Part shown: piece after piece, positions 1-10,053 of the stretch
Numbering within the stretch: the first letter of the stretch is position 1
Layout: the number at the start of each line of letters is the position of its first letter
NCBI GenBank assembly: GCA_963718665.1
Contig: OY970359.1
Span: 1,664,001 to 1,728,000, forward strand
Direction: 5' to 3'
From: an uncultured Phycisphaerales bacterium
GTDB lineage: Bacteria; Planctomycetota; Phycisphaerae; Sedimentisphaerales; Anaerobacaceae
DNA length: 64,000 nt
Program-made: the position numbers and the translations under genes
Notes under the pieces: generated by a model
The model's input: only the letters and a program-made list of their open reading frames with translations
What the model was told of the DNA's origin: nothing
Database searches by the model: none

Positions 1-222
1 TTGGATGAGGTTAGGCAATTGTGCGCGACGGGAGTAACAGCGACGGTATACAGAATGCTGGCGAGCGGGGCGGACAACGAGAATTTTAAGGAGAAGTGGC
101 AAAAATACGAGGAGATGTTCGGGAAGGGGATGGAGCGATGTAGGGTGGCGATAGACAAAGACGGTGACGGAGTCGCGGATTCGATTCGTTTCGGCGGGTG
201 CGGACGGCTGATAAGAGATTAA
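1..222 (+). CDS. 3' part of phage-like hypothetical protein (5' truncated by window edge)
   Basis: Open frame from window start, first gene of a co-directional tightly packed cluster; function inferred only from context. Confidence 0.55.
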   Translation: MDEVRQLCATGVTATVYRMLASGADNENFKEKWQKYEEMFGKGMERCRVAIDKDGDGVADSIRFGGCGRLIRD

Positions 223-246
223 CAAGTTGATTATCCGGGTGAAGTT

Positions 247-615
247 ATGAGCGCTAAGTTGGATGGTAACAAGTTGTTTGATGAGCCAATAGTTATCGAG
301 GCAGAGAGCGTTAGTCGAGAGTCGATTGAGAGGTCGGCGGCGGGGCTGGACGGCGTGTTGAGTATCGACCTGGGCGGACGAGGAAGGAAAATCAGGCAAA
401 AGGGTGAGATACGGGCCAGGAGCAAGGCGGAGCTGGACAGCAAGGCGGGGGCAATATCGGCTTTTATAGATGGGGACACGCATACGCTGGTCGGTTCGCG
501 CGGAGATACATTTGAGAATCTTCGGGTTGATTCGGTAAATGTCAAAAATGAGCGAGTGAGCGGAGCGGGTGTGGTTGTGGATTACGAAGTTGTTTATACA
601 CAGTTGATGGTGTGA
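247..615 (+). CDS. Phage-like tail-region hypothetical protein
   Basis: 122 aa beta-rich ORF, GTGA overlap with next gene, RBS-like gggtga upstream. Confidence 0.55.
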   Translation: MSAKLDGNKLFDEPIVIEAESVSRESIERSAAGLDGVLSIDLGGRGRKIRQKGEIRARSKAELDSKAGAISAFIDGDTHTLVGSRGDTFENLRVDSVNVKNERVSGAGVVVDYEVVYTQLMV

Positions 616-1397
616 TGATGGGACTTATTAGTAGCGGGATAAATGGCGTGAGGGTTTTTGATTTGCCGACGGGCGTTTGGGAAGACGGGGCTGTAGTAGA
701 GGCGCCAAGAATTTGCTTAGTGAAGTGGCGGTCGGAGTGGAAGGACAAGCTGTACCAGGTTTATGTAAACGGGTATTTCGCCGGCGTAACAGTTGACCGC
801 GAGCAGAGAGAAATGGTGGTGCAGACGCCGAGTTGTTATGAGCGGGCGGTAAGGATTGAGGTATTTGCGGTTGAGGCGAACGAGGCGGACATTGATTTTG
901 GGGATGAGCTGGAACAAAGCAGTGGGGACAGCGGAAGGGTGAGGTTGAGATTGCTGCGGAGTCAGCGATTGCCGATGGGGGCGAGGTTTGAGGTTTACTT
1001 TGACAATGGGATAGGGGTGATTGACTACGCGAATCCTATAGGCGGCGGACGAGTATGGGGATGTTGGCAGGATAAGGCGGGATTTGGATTAGCGAGGTTC
1101 GGAGAAAATGATTTTGGTTATGAGTGGGAAAACGGAGTCGGGTTCGGAAGAGGCGGCTTTGGGCTGGGTGAGTTCGGAGTTAACGCAGATGTTATCGAAT
1201 GGATAAGCCCTATTCTGGAGGCAGGGACATACAGATTTGGAGTGAAAATAATCGACGCGAGGGGTAATGAGAGCGAGGCAAGTGAGACGGGAGAGGTAGT
1301 GGTGATACCGGCAGCGATGCCGGCGATGGGATTGGATGTGCTGTCGTTTGATAAAACGACGAACGCGTTAATGCTTGGAATTAAAGATGAGGAGTAA
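612..1397 (+). CDS. Phage-like structural protein with Gly/Phe-rich segment and Ig/Fn3-like C-terminus
   Basis: GFGLARFG..GFGRGGFGLGEFG repeats; GTYRFGVKIIDARGNES resembles an Fn3 end motif and is shared with 3053..3736. Confidence 0.55.
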   Translation: MMMGLISSGINGVRVFDLPTGVWEDGAVVEAPRICLVKWRSEWKDKLYQVYVNGYFAGVTVDREQREMVVQTPSCYERAVRIEVFAVEANEADIDFGDELEQSSGDSGRVRLRLLRSQRLPMGARFEVYFDNGIGVIDYANPIGGGRVWGCWQDKAGFGLARFGENDFGYEWENGVGFGRGGFGLGEFGVNADVIEWISPILEAGTYRFGVKIIDARGNESEASETGEVVVIPAAMPAMGLDVLSFDKTTNALMLGIKDEE

Positions 1398-1409
1398 AGG
1401 AGCGAAATT

Positions 1410-1850
1410 ATGGCAGAGGTATATCCGAGTGATAATGAGTTGTTGAATTTGCTGACGGACAGTGAAACCGGGGTGGAATACATAGCGACGGGACAGTCGC
1501 CATATTATTTGCAGTTTCGCAGGTTGCTGTATCGACTGCTGCAGGCGACGAGGCGGGCGAATGATTTGCGGGTATTCGACGAGGGCGGATTGAATATAGG
1601 CGCGAAGGCGGGAAGGTTCCAGGCGGGGACACAGCAGGTGAATTACGCAGGGTCGTCGGGCAACGCTTTGGCGGATAACAAGGCGAACATATACATTTAC
1701 CTGACAAACACGGGGGTTTTGGTGACGAATGAATACAGCGGATTTCCGGATATGGCGACTACGTCACACGTTCGGTTGGCGAAAGTAACGACTTCGGGCG
1801 GGGACATAACGGCGATTGAGGATTGTCGCATTCTAATAAGAATTGGGTGA
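1410..1850 (+). CDS. Phage tail/baseplate-like hypothetical protein
   Basis: Strong RBS (aaggag); C-terminal LAKVTTSGGDITAIEDCR resembles tail-fibre attachment-type motifs. Confidence 0.55.
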   Translation: MAEVYPSDNELLNLLTDSETGVEYIATGQSPYYLQFRRLLYRLLQATRRANDLRVFDEGGLNIGAKAGRFQAGTQQVNYAGSSGNALADNKANIYIYLTNTGVLVTNEYSGFPDMATTSHVRLAKVTTSGGDITAIEDCRILIRIG

Positions 1851-1871
1851 TATTGGTAAAAGGAAAAAGAG

Positions 1872-3053
1872 ATGATTTACGTAAATGATTCAAGCAGGGT
1901 GTGGCATGTCGCGAAGGTTGGTAATGACTCGAACAGTGGGCACGCGGGTCAATACCCGGTTAATCTGGCGAATGACGCGAAACTGACGATAGGTGCGGCT
2001 GTGGGCGCGGCGGCGAGCGGGGACACGATAATAATCTGGCCCGGGGATTACGCGGAGAATGTGAACGCCGGGAGCAAGGCATTAACATTTGCAGGGACAA
2101 ACAGGGCGAAGAGCCACATTGTGCCGGCGACAGGGTCGGCGTTAACTCTCGCGGACGGCTGTATAGTGAAAAACCTGTCATGCGAGGCGTTGCAGGTCGC
2201 GGCCCAGGTAGCCGGCATATACGCTTTTCAAAAGAAGAATATTGTCATTGAGGATTGTGACATATCCGGGTCTTATGACGGGCTGTATTTGTTTACGACA
2301 ACGGACGTGTATCTCAGGAATTGCCGGGTGTTCGGCAAATATGACAGCGCGAATTTTAACACGGTAACGGGGCTGATGGTCGAGAACTGCGTTTTTAGAG
2401 CAGACGGGACATACGGGACGAGCGTCAATTGCCGAGCTGCGTGGGGTAACGGCGAGGCCATCTTCAGGAAATGTCAGTTTATAGCGGGCAGAAGCGATGC
2501 TTCATCGATGACTTTGGCGGGATATTACATCGGGAGTGCTTCGGCCAGACATATTTTTGATGACTGCATTTTTGTGGCAAACGGCGGGGCGTCTTTCGCC
2601 GGTAACATTTACGCGTTTCAATCCAACTACGCGTCTGGCAACGTGATAATGAATGGCTGCGTTTTTTATACTTCCTCGACGGGAACGCCTTTGGAGATGG
2701 TTGATTTGAAGAATTCAGCGGGAGCCGTTGTGGTGAACGGGTGCAAGTATGCTTCCAGCGGCGGGATTATCACGCAATCGGACTCGAATTGGGCGAGCGC
2801 ATTGGCTGTAGCGTTATTCACGAATGGCGAGGCGAACAAACTGAAGATAGACGCGGCAGGCAGAGTTGAGACAAGCGGCGTGCAGGGGATTAATGCTGAA
2901 TCGATTCAGAAGGCGGCGAAGATGCTGCTGAATAAGGCGGCGCAGGACAAACTGACGGGTGCGATTCGGTATTACGATGACGACGGGCAGACGGTGATAT
3001 TGACGCATACGCCACAGGAAAGCGAGTCGAGTTTGACGAGGACGGTGAGCTGA
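1872..3053 (+). CDS. Right-handed beta-helix (pectin-lyase fold) protein, possible tailspike/depolymerase
   Basis: TIGAAVGAAASGDTIIIWPGDYAE cap motif and repeated xxxNCxF turns. Confidence 0.7.
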   Translation: MIYVNDSSRVWHVAKVGNDSNSGHAGQYPVNLANDAKLTIGAAVGAAASGDTIIIWPGDYAENVNAGSKALTFAGTNRAKSHIVPATGSALTLADGCIVKNLSCEALQVAAQVAGIYAFQKKNIVIEDCDISGSYDGLYLFTTTDVYLRNCRVFGKYDSANFNTVTGLMVENCVFRADGTYGTSVNCRAAWGNGEAIFRKCQFIAGRSDASSMTLAGYYIGSASARHIFDDCIFVANGGASFAGNIYAFQSNYASGNVIMNGCVFYTSSTGTPLEMVDLKNSAGAVVVNGCKYASSGGIITQSDSNWASALAVALFTNGEANKLKIDAAGRVETSGVQGINAESIQKAAKMLLNKAAQDKLTGAIRYYDDDGQTVILTHTPQESESSLTRTVS

Positions 3054-3736
3054 TGGAAGCGGCGTGGATGAGAGAGGCGTTGTTCGCGGGGCAGACGGCG
3101 AACGGTTTTAAGCTGGGGACGACAGCGACGCTGGGGTGGTTCTGGATGAGGTTAAATGGCTGTCGGATAGCGTATCGCGGACAGAGTATGGATGAGGTTG
3201 ATTTTGATAACATACTCACTGTCGCGGGAGCAGGAATAGATGAGATTGCAATGCCAGGTTACTTATCGCACGAGGCGGGAGAGACGTATTTTTATGTTGT
3301 GCGGTGCGCGAATAGATGCGGGGATATTGAACGGACACTACGGGCGGCGGCGAAGGTTACGATTGGTGATGACGGCAAGTTAGGCAAGGCGAGGCCGAAT
3401 GAAGTTGTGGGGTTAAAAGCGGAACAAGGACAGGAGGGAGAGATTGAGATTACCTGGACATACAACCCGATGGAACAGGATAGTGTGCCTGTGGAGATGA
3501 GGATTTACGGGGACAACGGGACGGGTGAGATTGATTATCAAAATCCGATTGCGGTAGTGAAGTATAAGGGGCGGAGGTTTTACAGGCACAGGATTGAGAG
3601 ACCAGCGGACGGGCGGTATCGGTTCGCGGTAAGAACGGCAGACGCAAATGGTAACGAGTGCGAGTCGAAACAGGATGTTACGGTTGAGATTAGCAGGACG
3701 AATTTGGAAGCTATTCAGATTATTGGTGCGATATGA
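3053..3736 (+). CDS. Fn3/Ig-like phage-associated protein
   Basis: TYFYVVRCAN, EITW, YRFAVRTADANGNE motifs; IYGDNGTGEIDYQNPI paralogous to VYFDNGIGVIDYANPI in 612..1397. Confidence 0.6.
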   Translation: MEAAWMREALFAGQTANGFKLGTTATLGWFWMRLNGCRIAYRGQSMDEVDFDNILTVAGAGIDEIAMPGYLSHEAGETYFYVVRCANRCGDIERTLRAAAKVTIGDDGKLGKARPNEVVGLKAEQGQEGEIEITWTYNPMEQDSVPVEMRIYGDNGTGEIDYQNPIAVVKYKGRRFYRHRIERPADGRYRFAVRTADANGNECESKQDVTVEISRTNLEAIQIIGAI

Positions 3737-4800
3737 CGAACAGGGTGGATTTGTATCAGCCGGAGAGAAGAGGGACGGCGTTGCCTGGGGGTGGGGCGTT
3801 TGTTTTTGTTGAAGGGAGATTATGCCCGGAACTGGAAGTTGTGGAGATAGCCAGAGGCGGGATGGGCGAGTTTGGTTCAGCGAGGATGAGAAATAACGCG
3901 GACAGCGAGATTGAAATCGGGAAGCCCGTAGTAATCAAATGGTTTTATAACAATTGTTATCCTGCGGGAGGCGCGGAGGGGATTGCGATTTTCGTCGGAG
4001 AGGTAGAGACGATTGAGACGGCTATCGGACCAGAGGACGAGAGTATTGAAATCGTGGCGAGAGATTTCAGTTTGGCGATGGAGGGGATAAGCGTATTGGG
4101 GAGATGGGAACGGGGAGTTGACGGTCAGGTTGCCTTTGCAGCGGGAGCGAAGACGATTTTTAATGAGAATGGTTTGGCAAACGCGGCTGATGAAACAGCG
4201 GATTGTAACGGCAGCAGGATACGGGCGTTTGCGGCGGAGGGTGTGGAAGCGAAGTTGTGGGATTTCGCGGAGATAATAGGGTATTTGCTTTGTGAGTATT
4301 TGCCTGCGGGGCAGTTGGGTATCCCGGAGGCGAGCAGGATAAGGGCGTTGACGGCGGGGGAGGTGATTGAGGACCTTGATGTTACGGGGAGGAGTTTGCT
4401 TGAGGCGATAAGCCGATGCTGCGAACGGGCGGGCGTTAAGTTTAAGTTTGTGCCGAGGTTGGGCGAGACGGGGCCGGAAAGCGGAATAGTGTTTTATCGA
4501 ACGGGAATAAATAGAGCAGTTGAGCTGAATCTGCAAAAGCAGGGCGAACGGCTGAACATATCGAAGACGAATATCTGGAAAGTTAATGCGTCAAGAAACG
4601 CCGACGGCGATACATTTGAAGTGCAGACGCCTTATTTGGCGATTGGCTTTGAGGTCGGGGATATCGCAGGGGCGGCCCCGGACAGCAGGGATGTGTTATC
4701 GACGAGGAACAACATAAACCCGGCGGTAATTGAACGGGTGAGGATGGATTTTGGGAAGCAAACGACGCAATTAAAAATTGTTAGAAACAGGACATATTGA
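3733..4800 (+). CDS. Putative phage tail hub / late-control-D-like protein
   Basis: IFVGEVETI..IEIVARD and SLLEAISRCCERAGVKF patterns typical of baseplate hub proteins; ATGA overlap. Confidence 0.5.
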   Translation: MTNRVDLYQPERRGTALPGGGAFVFVEGRLCPELEVVEIARGGMGEFGSARMRNNADSEIEIGKPVVIKWFYNNCYPAGGAEGIAIFVGEVETIETAIGPEDESIEIVARDFSLAMEGISVLGRWERGVDGQVAFAAGAKTIFNENGLANAADETADCNGSRIRAFAAEGVEAKLWDFAEIIGYLLCEYLPAGQLGIPEASRIRALTAGEVIEDLDVTGRSLLEAISRCCERAGVKFKFVPRLGETGPESGIVFYRTGINRAVELNLQKQGERLNISKTNIWKVNASRNADGDTFEVQTPYLAIGFEVGDIAGAAPDSRDVLSTRNNINPAVIERVRMDFGKQTTQLKIVRNRTY

Positions 4801-4845
4801 TTGCGGATTTGGGATTGCAGATTGCGGATTGAAGAGGAGCGGGAA

Positions 4846-5100
4846 ATGACAAGACAAAACGGGAAATGGACGCTGAACAGGACGGTGAATTTGTCGGTTT
4901 TGGTGCAATTGGCGTTTTTGGCGTCGCTGATATTGGGAAGCTGGGTGAATCTGCAAAGACAACTGGATTCGCTTCAGCGGGACGTAACAAGCTTATTGGA
5001 AAGTCAGAAACGCTCCGCGGATAAGGTTGAAGCCCTTCAGGAAAAGGTAATATCGCACGAATTTAGATTGAAACAGCTTGAGAAGGAATTACAGGAGTGA
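4846..5100 (+). CDS. Small single-TM coiled-coil protein (holin/XhlA-like)
   Basis: One hydrophobic helix followed by heptad coiled coil; RBS gaggag. Confidence 0.55.
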   Translation: MTRQNGKWTLNRTVNLSVLVQLAFLASLILGSWVNLQRQLDSLQRDVTSLLESQKRSADKVEALQEKVISHEFRLKQLEKELQE

Positions 5101-5206
5101 TGTATTTCGTATTTAGTCGTTCGTATTTCGTCGGTCGATATACGAAATACGAGATACGCACGACGAGCTTTGTATGAAAGTCAAATTCAATTTTAGGAGG
5201 AAAATT

Positions 5207-5818
5207 ATGAAGAAGTTAGCAGTTGTAATGACAGTAGGAATGTTGTTTTGTGTTGGTGGTTCGATTTTACTTATCACGGGCGGTTGTGAAGGAATCAGGT
5301 TTGCGCCGAGCGAGACGCAGAAACAAAACGCGTGGGTGCATAATCGGACGGCGGCGATAACATCGCAAACGGCACAAAGCGAGCAGGCATCGGAAAAGCT
5401 ACAGGAACTGACGAAACTGTCGGAGACGCAGAGCCAGGCGTTTGTGGCGTATTACGGATTGCCACAGGAACTGCCGAAGGCGGATACAGTGAACGATGTG
5501 CTTAGCGAATCGAATAAGCAATTAGCGGCGACGGCGATAAAGGAATCCGGTCAAAGGCCTAACGGATGGGATATCGCAGATTCGGCGATGGAGCTTGGTA
5601 TAGCGATAGCGGGTCTCTTTGGCGGGGCAGGGGCGATAAGGGTTATGAGCTTTTTGCAGCAGGCAAAGGCGAAATCGAACGCTTTGAAGGAGATTGTTTT
5701 AGCCAATGAGATTTTCAAGAAGACAAATCCCGATTCAGCAGAGGCGTTCAAGGATGCGCAGAAGAATCAGTCGCCATTGACGAAGCAGATTGTGACGGAA
5801 GCGAAGAGCGGGGCGTAG
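5207..5818 (+). CDS. Putative lipoprotein with second TM helix (lysis-cassette-like)
   Basis: RBS aggagg; signal peptide ending in GGC lipobox-like motif; second hydrophobic helix LGIAIAGLFGGAGAI. Confidence 0.6.
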   Translation: MKKLAVVMTVGMLFCVGGSILLITGGCEGIRFAPSETQKQNAWVHNRTAAITSQTAQSEQASEKLQELTKLSETQSQAFVAYYGLPQELPKADTVNDVLSESNKQLAATAIKESGQRPNGWDIADSAMELGIAIAGLFGGAGAIRVMSFLQQAKAKSNALKEIVLANEIFKKTNPDSAEAFKDAQKNQSPLTKQIVTEAKSGA

Positions 5819-5968
5819 CTGATTTCGTGACTCGTGACCCGGGCCTCGTATCTCGTTCGAGCGATGGGGGCACGGGTGACGAGCGACACAACCAGCACAA
5901 ATGAGGGCAGGGATGGTATGAGAACGAGCGAATCGTTTTATTATGAGCCGGATAAGCTGGCGGAGTTC

Positions 5969-6388
5969 TTAGTTGGCGAGTTTGATATCGACTAAGGTTT
6001 TGATATTGGCGACGTCGGTTTTGTTTCGCACTTGTAGGCGGATGCCTCGGCCTTCGACGTATTTTTTGGCGTTTCGCAATTCATCTTTAATCGACTGCGG
6101 CAGCGAGCTATTCTGCACGTCGTCAACGCCCTTGTCGCCGAATACGAACGCGACCATTATGTGACCGTCGCTCGGCACCATATAAATGATATTGCGTTTC
6201 TTGTCTTTTAGCCGGAATGACCAGCCGTATTTGACGCCGGGGTATTTCCATTCTTCAATTGCCTTGGGATATTTTTCCACGACGTATTCGGCGATGTCGG
6301 TCCACAGTTGATATTGTTTTCCAAGCGTCTTGGCCAGCATTTGCTTTGTCGGCTGTTTCGACTTGTCGTCAAATAAGCTCAGCGCCAT
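5969..6388 (-). CDS. DUF3788 family protein
   Basis: EWKYPGVKYGWSFRLKDKKRNIIYM and YVEGRGI motifs; RBS aggag. Confidence 0.8.
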   Translation of the reverse strand: MALSLFDDKSKQPTKQMLAKTLGKQYQLWTDIAEYVVEKYPKAIEEWKYPGVKYGWSFRLKDKKRNIIYMVPSDGHIMVAFVFGDKGVDDVQNSSLPQSIKDELRNAKKYVEGRGIRLQVRNKTDVANIKTLVDIKLAN

Positions 6389-6450
6389 TGATTCTTCTCC
6401 TGTTTTTATTTCCTGAATGGTGTAATGATACCACATTCGCGGGGAAAGTT
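6320..6450. repeat. Direct repeat copy 1 (DUF3788 leader + first ~22 codons)
   Basis: Aligns ungapped with 7814-7944 at offset 1494. Confidence 0.9.
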
Positions 6451-6461
6451 AAGCGACTTGA

Positions 6462-7882
6462 TTATTGTGGCATGACGTGATACAGGCCGGTGTCGTGGGC
6501 GTTGATTTTTGTGCTGAAACTGCTTTCAAACACGCCCATCTCTTTATGCGTCCACAAATTTTTTACCAGGCAGCGGCTGGCCAGCCCCATTTTGGCGAAG
6601 TCCGCGGAGACATCCACCACCTGCTTATCATTCAGATTAAACAGGGCGACATATTTATCTTTGGAATCGGGGACATCCGACATCCACGCGACCTTGTCGC
6701 CGTCGCGGAAAAGCAGCCGCGGATTTCGGCCGTGCTGATTAACCGCCAGCACTTCGTCGTTGGTAATCAGCGACAGTGTCCATTCGTCACAACTGGGCAT
6801 ATCGCCCCCGAACATCAGCGGCGAATTAAAAATGCTCCACAGGGTAATCAGAGTGACCTGTTCGTCTTTGGTAAAATGGCTGCGGCGGTCCTGCCCGCGT
6901 TCGGCACGGATGCCGATGCGTCCCAGCGGCAGCATATCACAGTCGGGCCAATAGCCGGGGCCGCCTTTGGACATCCACTTCTCGCAGAGGCCGAATGTTT
7001 CTTTTAGAGAACGCCAGTTATCCCAGAAATCGCCGGACATCCGCCACAAGTTAGCGTTTGTCTTCAGATGCTCGGCGTCACCGACAGGCGCCGGGCCTGG
7101 CGAGAGACTCAGTACGATATTCGGGCCGTATGTATCGAGGGCCTTGCGCAGCAGTTGGACTTCTTCTTTGTGGTACGGCGACGACATATCGTCGCATTTG
7201 ATATAGTCCACACTCCACTGGGCGTACAGTTGGATAATCGAATCGTAATACGCCTGCGCACGGGGCGAGCCGGATTTACGCCATACATATCGGTAATCCA
7301 TTTGCAGGTGCCGTTGGGGTCGGCGATATCGGCGGCGGTATAAGATACACCTTTGACAGGCGTTTTATCCTTTGACGGCTTGACGCGGGATGCCGCGCAT
7401 GATATGAATGCCGAACTTCAGACCTTTGTTGTGGACATAATCGGCCAGCGGCTTAAACCCGTTGCCGTCGGCGGCGGAAGGAAAACGATTGACCGCGGGG
7501 ATAAGCCGGCCCCAGGAATCCATCTCCAGCGGGGCAAAGTTATTGTAGCCCTGCGCCCGGGCATTGGGTTCATACCATTGTATATCGACGACGATATACT
7601 GCCAGCCATGGGACTTAAGGTGTTCGGCCATATAGTCGGCGTTGGCCTTGACTTCTTCCTCGCGGACGCACGGGCCGTAACAATCCCAGCTGTTCCAGCC
7701 CATCGGAGGCGTCGGGGCAAGCGCCAATGATGCGGCTGTAAATTTGCAGCCGCATAACCCATGCTTGCCAGAAGAGAAAAAATCATTACACAAAATCCGC
7801 CGGCGAAAGCCAACCCGAATGCCTTAGCGAGCATCTGTTTTGTCGGCTGTTTCGATTTGTCGTCAAATAAGCTCATCGCCAT
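6462..7882 (-). pseudogene. Alpha-galactosidase (GH27), split by three single-base frameshifts (real or assembly error)
   Basis: TPPMGWNSWD, VVDIQW, GLKFGIHIMRGIP, VDYIKCDD, WPDCDMLP motifs spread over frames; shifts near 7725, 7371 and 7262. Confidence 0.85.
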
Positions 7883-7944
7883 TGAATCTTCTCCTGTTCT
7901 TGTTTCCTGAATGACGTAATGATAGCAGATTCACGGGGGCAATT
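7814..7944. repeat. Direct repeat copy 2 (DUF3788 leader + N-terminus fused to GH27)
   Basis: Encodes MAMSLFDDKSKQPTKQMLAK versus MALSLFDDKSKQPTKQMLAK. Confidence 0.9.
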
Positions 7945-8018
7945 GAAAGCCAAATTTATGAACGTCAATTTGCGGAAAAACAGTTGCGGTTCGAGTAGCG
8001 TAGATGTTCTAATATAAT

Positions 8019-9074
8019 ATGATGAGCAGGCGAAACGAGACACGAGACCGGCTGGAAAAACTCAAATCGCTTTGGGCGAGGGGCGAGTCGCTTTTGATAG
8101 TGATGCAGAATAATCCCGACCCCGACTCAATCGCCGCGGCGTGCGCCCTTCGTGAGCTTGCCAACAGGACGGCGGGCTTGAACTGCCGGTTCGCGTATGG
8201 CGGCACGATAGGCCGGGCAGAGAACCGCGAGCTGGTTCATTATCTCGGCTTTGCGTTTTATCATTTCGACAAAATCAGTCATCAGAAGTCCGACCTTATC
8301 GCGCTTGTTGATACTCAGCCGAGCGCGGGTAATAATCCGCTGCCCGAAGGCGTTCAGCCGGATATCATCATCGACCACCATCCCGCGATAGAGGCAAGCA
8401 GGGGTGTCGCTTTCGCGGATATTCGCGAGAATTATGGCGCGACTTCGACGATTATGTGGGAATATCTTCGCGAGGCCAAAATCACGCCGGATATGCCGAT
8501 TGCGACTGCGCTGCTTTACGGTATCCGTTCCGATACGCAGGACCTCGGCAGGGAAGCAACACAGGTGGATATCGACGCGATTGGGGCGTTGTATCCTTTG
8601 GCCAACAAGCGGATGCTCGGCCAGATTCAGCGGGGACGAGTGCCCTCTGATTATTATCAAATGCTCTCGACTGCGCTGACTAACACGCAGATTTATTCGC
8701 ATGCCTTAATTTGCAATATCGGCAGCATCGACAACGCGGATATGATTGGCGAGGTGGCGGACCTTCTGCTGCGACACGAGGAAGTTGACTGGGTGATGTG
8801 CTACGGCATTTGCGACAGCCGGATTCTTATTTCTTTTCGCACTCAGGATAGCAATCTCGATGCGGGTGATGTAGCGCGTAAGGTTGTTTATAAGCTCGGC
8901 ACAGGAGGCGGACACACGAGTATGGCGGGCGGACAGATAACATTACTCGAGGCCAAACGCCCGGCGCGTCTCGAAGGATTGATACGCAGGCGGTTCCTCA
9001 ATGCTCTCAAGATAAGGACGCAAAATAGCCGGCCTCTTGTTCGTATCCCGCCGAAGGCACGTTCCGGAAAATAA
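8019..9074 (+). CDS. DHH/DHHA1 family phosphoesterase
   Basis: NPDPDS, LVD, IDHH, GIRSDT, GGGHTSMAGG motifs. Confidence 0.9.
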   Translation: MMSRRNETRDRLEKLKSLWARGESLLIVMQNNPDPDSIAAACALRELANRTAGLNCRFAYGGTIGRAENRELVHYLGFAFYHFDKISHQKSDLIALVDTQPSAGNNPLPEGVQPDIIIDHHPAIEASRGVAFADIRENYGATSTIMWEYLREAKITPDMPIATALLYGIRSDTQDLGREATQVDIDAIGALYPLANKRMLGQIQRGRVPSDYYQMLSTALTNTQIYSHALICNIGSIDNADMIGEVADLLLRHEEVDWVMCYGICDSRILISFRTQDSNLDAGDVARKVVYKLGTGGGHTSMAGGQITLLEAKRPARLEGLIRRRFLNALKIRTQNSRPLVRIPPKARSGK

Positions 9075-9096
9075 ACCTCGACTCCGCCGTTTACGG

Positions 9097-9702
9097 TTAT
9101 TTTCGGCGACGCAGCAGTAATCCGCCGATTCCCAGCAAAGCTATCGTCGCGGGCTCTGGGACACATGGGACTTTTATGGTTTCGGTAGTTATGGTGAATG
9201 TTACGCCGTCGTTATAGAAGTGGCAATCCGGGTCGATTCCGAATCCGAAGTTGGCTTTACCCGTGCCTGGTGTTGTCGTTATGTAAGCGTTGAGCGCGTC
9301 CAAAAGTCCCAGTTTGCCGAAATCAAGAACCAGGTTGAAATTTCGCGATTTGCCGCCTGCCGGATCCGACCAGTTGCTCACCAACTTGCCCTGTCCCGCG
9401 AAGTTGTCGCCGCCGCCCTGGTTATCAACATAGCTTATTACGCTGGCTTTCGGGTTATCGAGCAGGTGAATGAACAGGTGGTCGTCGCTTTCTTTGACCC
9501 AGTCCCAGATGTTGGTAAACGTCAGCACTGCGCCGGTTATTTTTTCATTCGGCGCGAGAGTGAAGTTGATTCCCCAGGTAAAATATTCCTCGTGAGGCAG
9601 TTCCGACAAACCGTTTGGTGTTGGGCGAAATACCGTCAGTCCGGCGTTTGCGGATGTGGCTGCGGCCAAGCCAAGCGCAATCACACACAGTAAAGTTCCC
9701 AT
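9097..9702 (-). CDS. PEP-CTERM sorting domain surface protein
   Basis: Signal peptide and C-terminal VPEPATIALLGIGGLLLRRRK. Confidence 0.9.
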   Translation of the reverse strand: MGTLLCVIALGLAAATSANAGLTVFRPTPNGLSELPHEEYFTWGINFTLAPNEKITGAVLTFTNIWDWVKESDDHLFIHLLDNPKASVISYVDNQGGGDNFAGQGKLVSNWSDPAGGKSRNFNLVLDFGKLGLLDALNAYITTTPGTGKANFGFGIDPDCHFYNDGVTFTITTETIKVPCVPEPATIALLGIGGLLLRRRK

Positions 9703-10053
9703 CTCTCTTCTTCATTTCTCTTCTCCATACCGCCCGCATTGCCCATATTAACATATTGGTGCATCAACAACCGATTTCTCAGTATTGATTTTAGCGGACT
9801 CTCCACTATCACGCCCCTAATGCTCCTATATTAACATAACAGTGGTAGTTGAATCAATCGGGAATTTCCTTAGGCCGGTAATAAGTAATTATGGCAGATA
9901 AAAATCCGTTTGTAGGGCATATAAAATCGCCAATTTTTGGGTCTATTTGCCGTCGAGGATTGCTTAAGTCGAGTTTGTTTTAGTCCGATATAGCCAGTAG
10001 TATTATTCTGCGCCGTAAGGCCGGAATAAACGACCATAAAAAAAGGATTTTGT

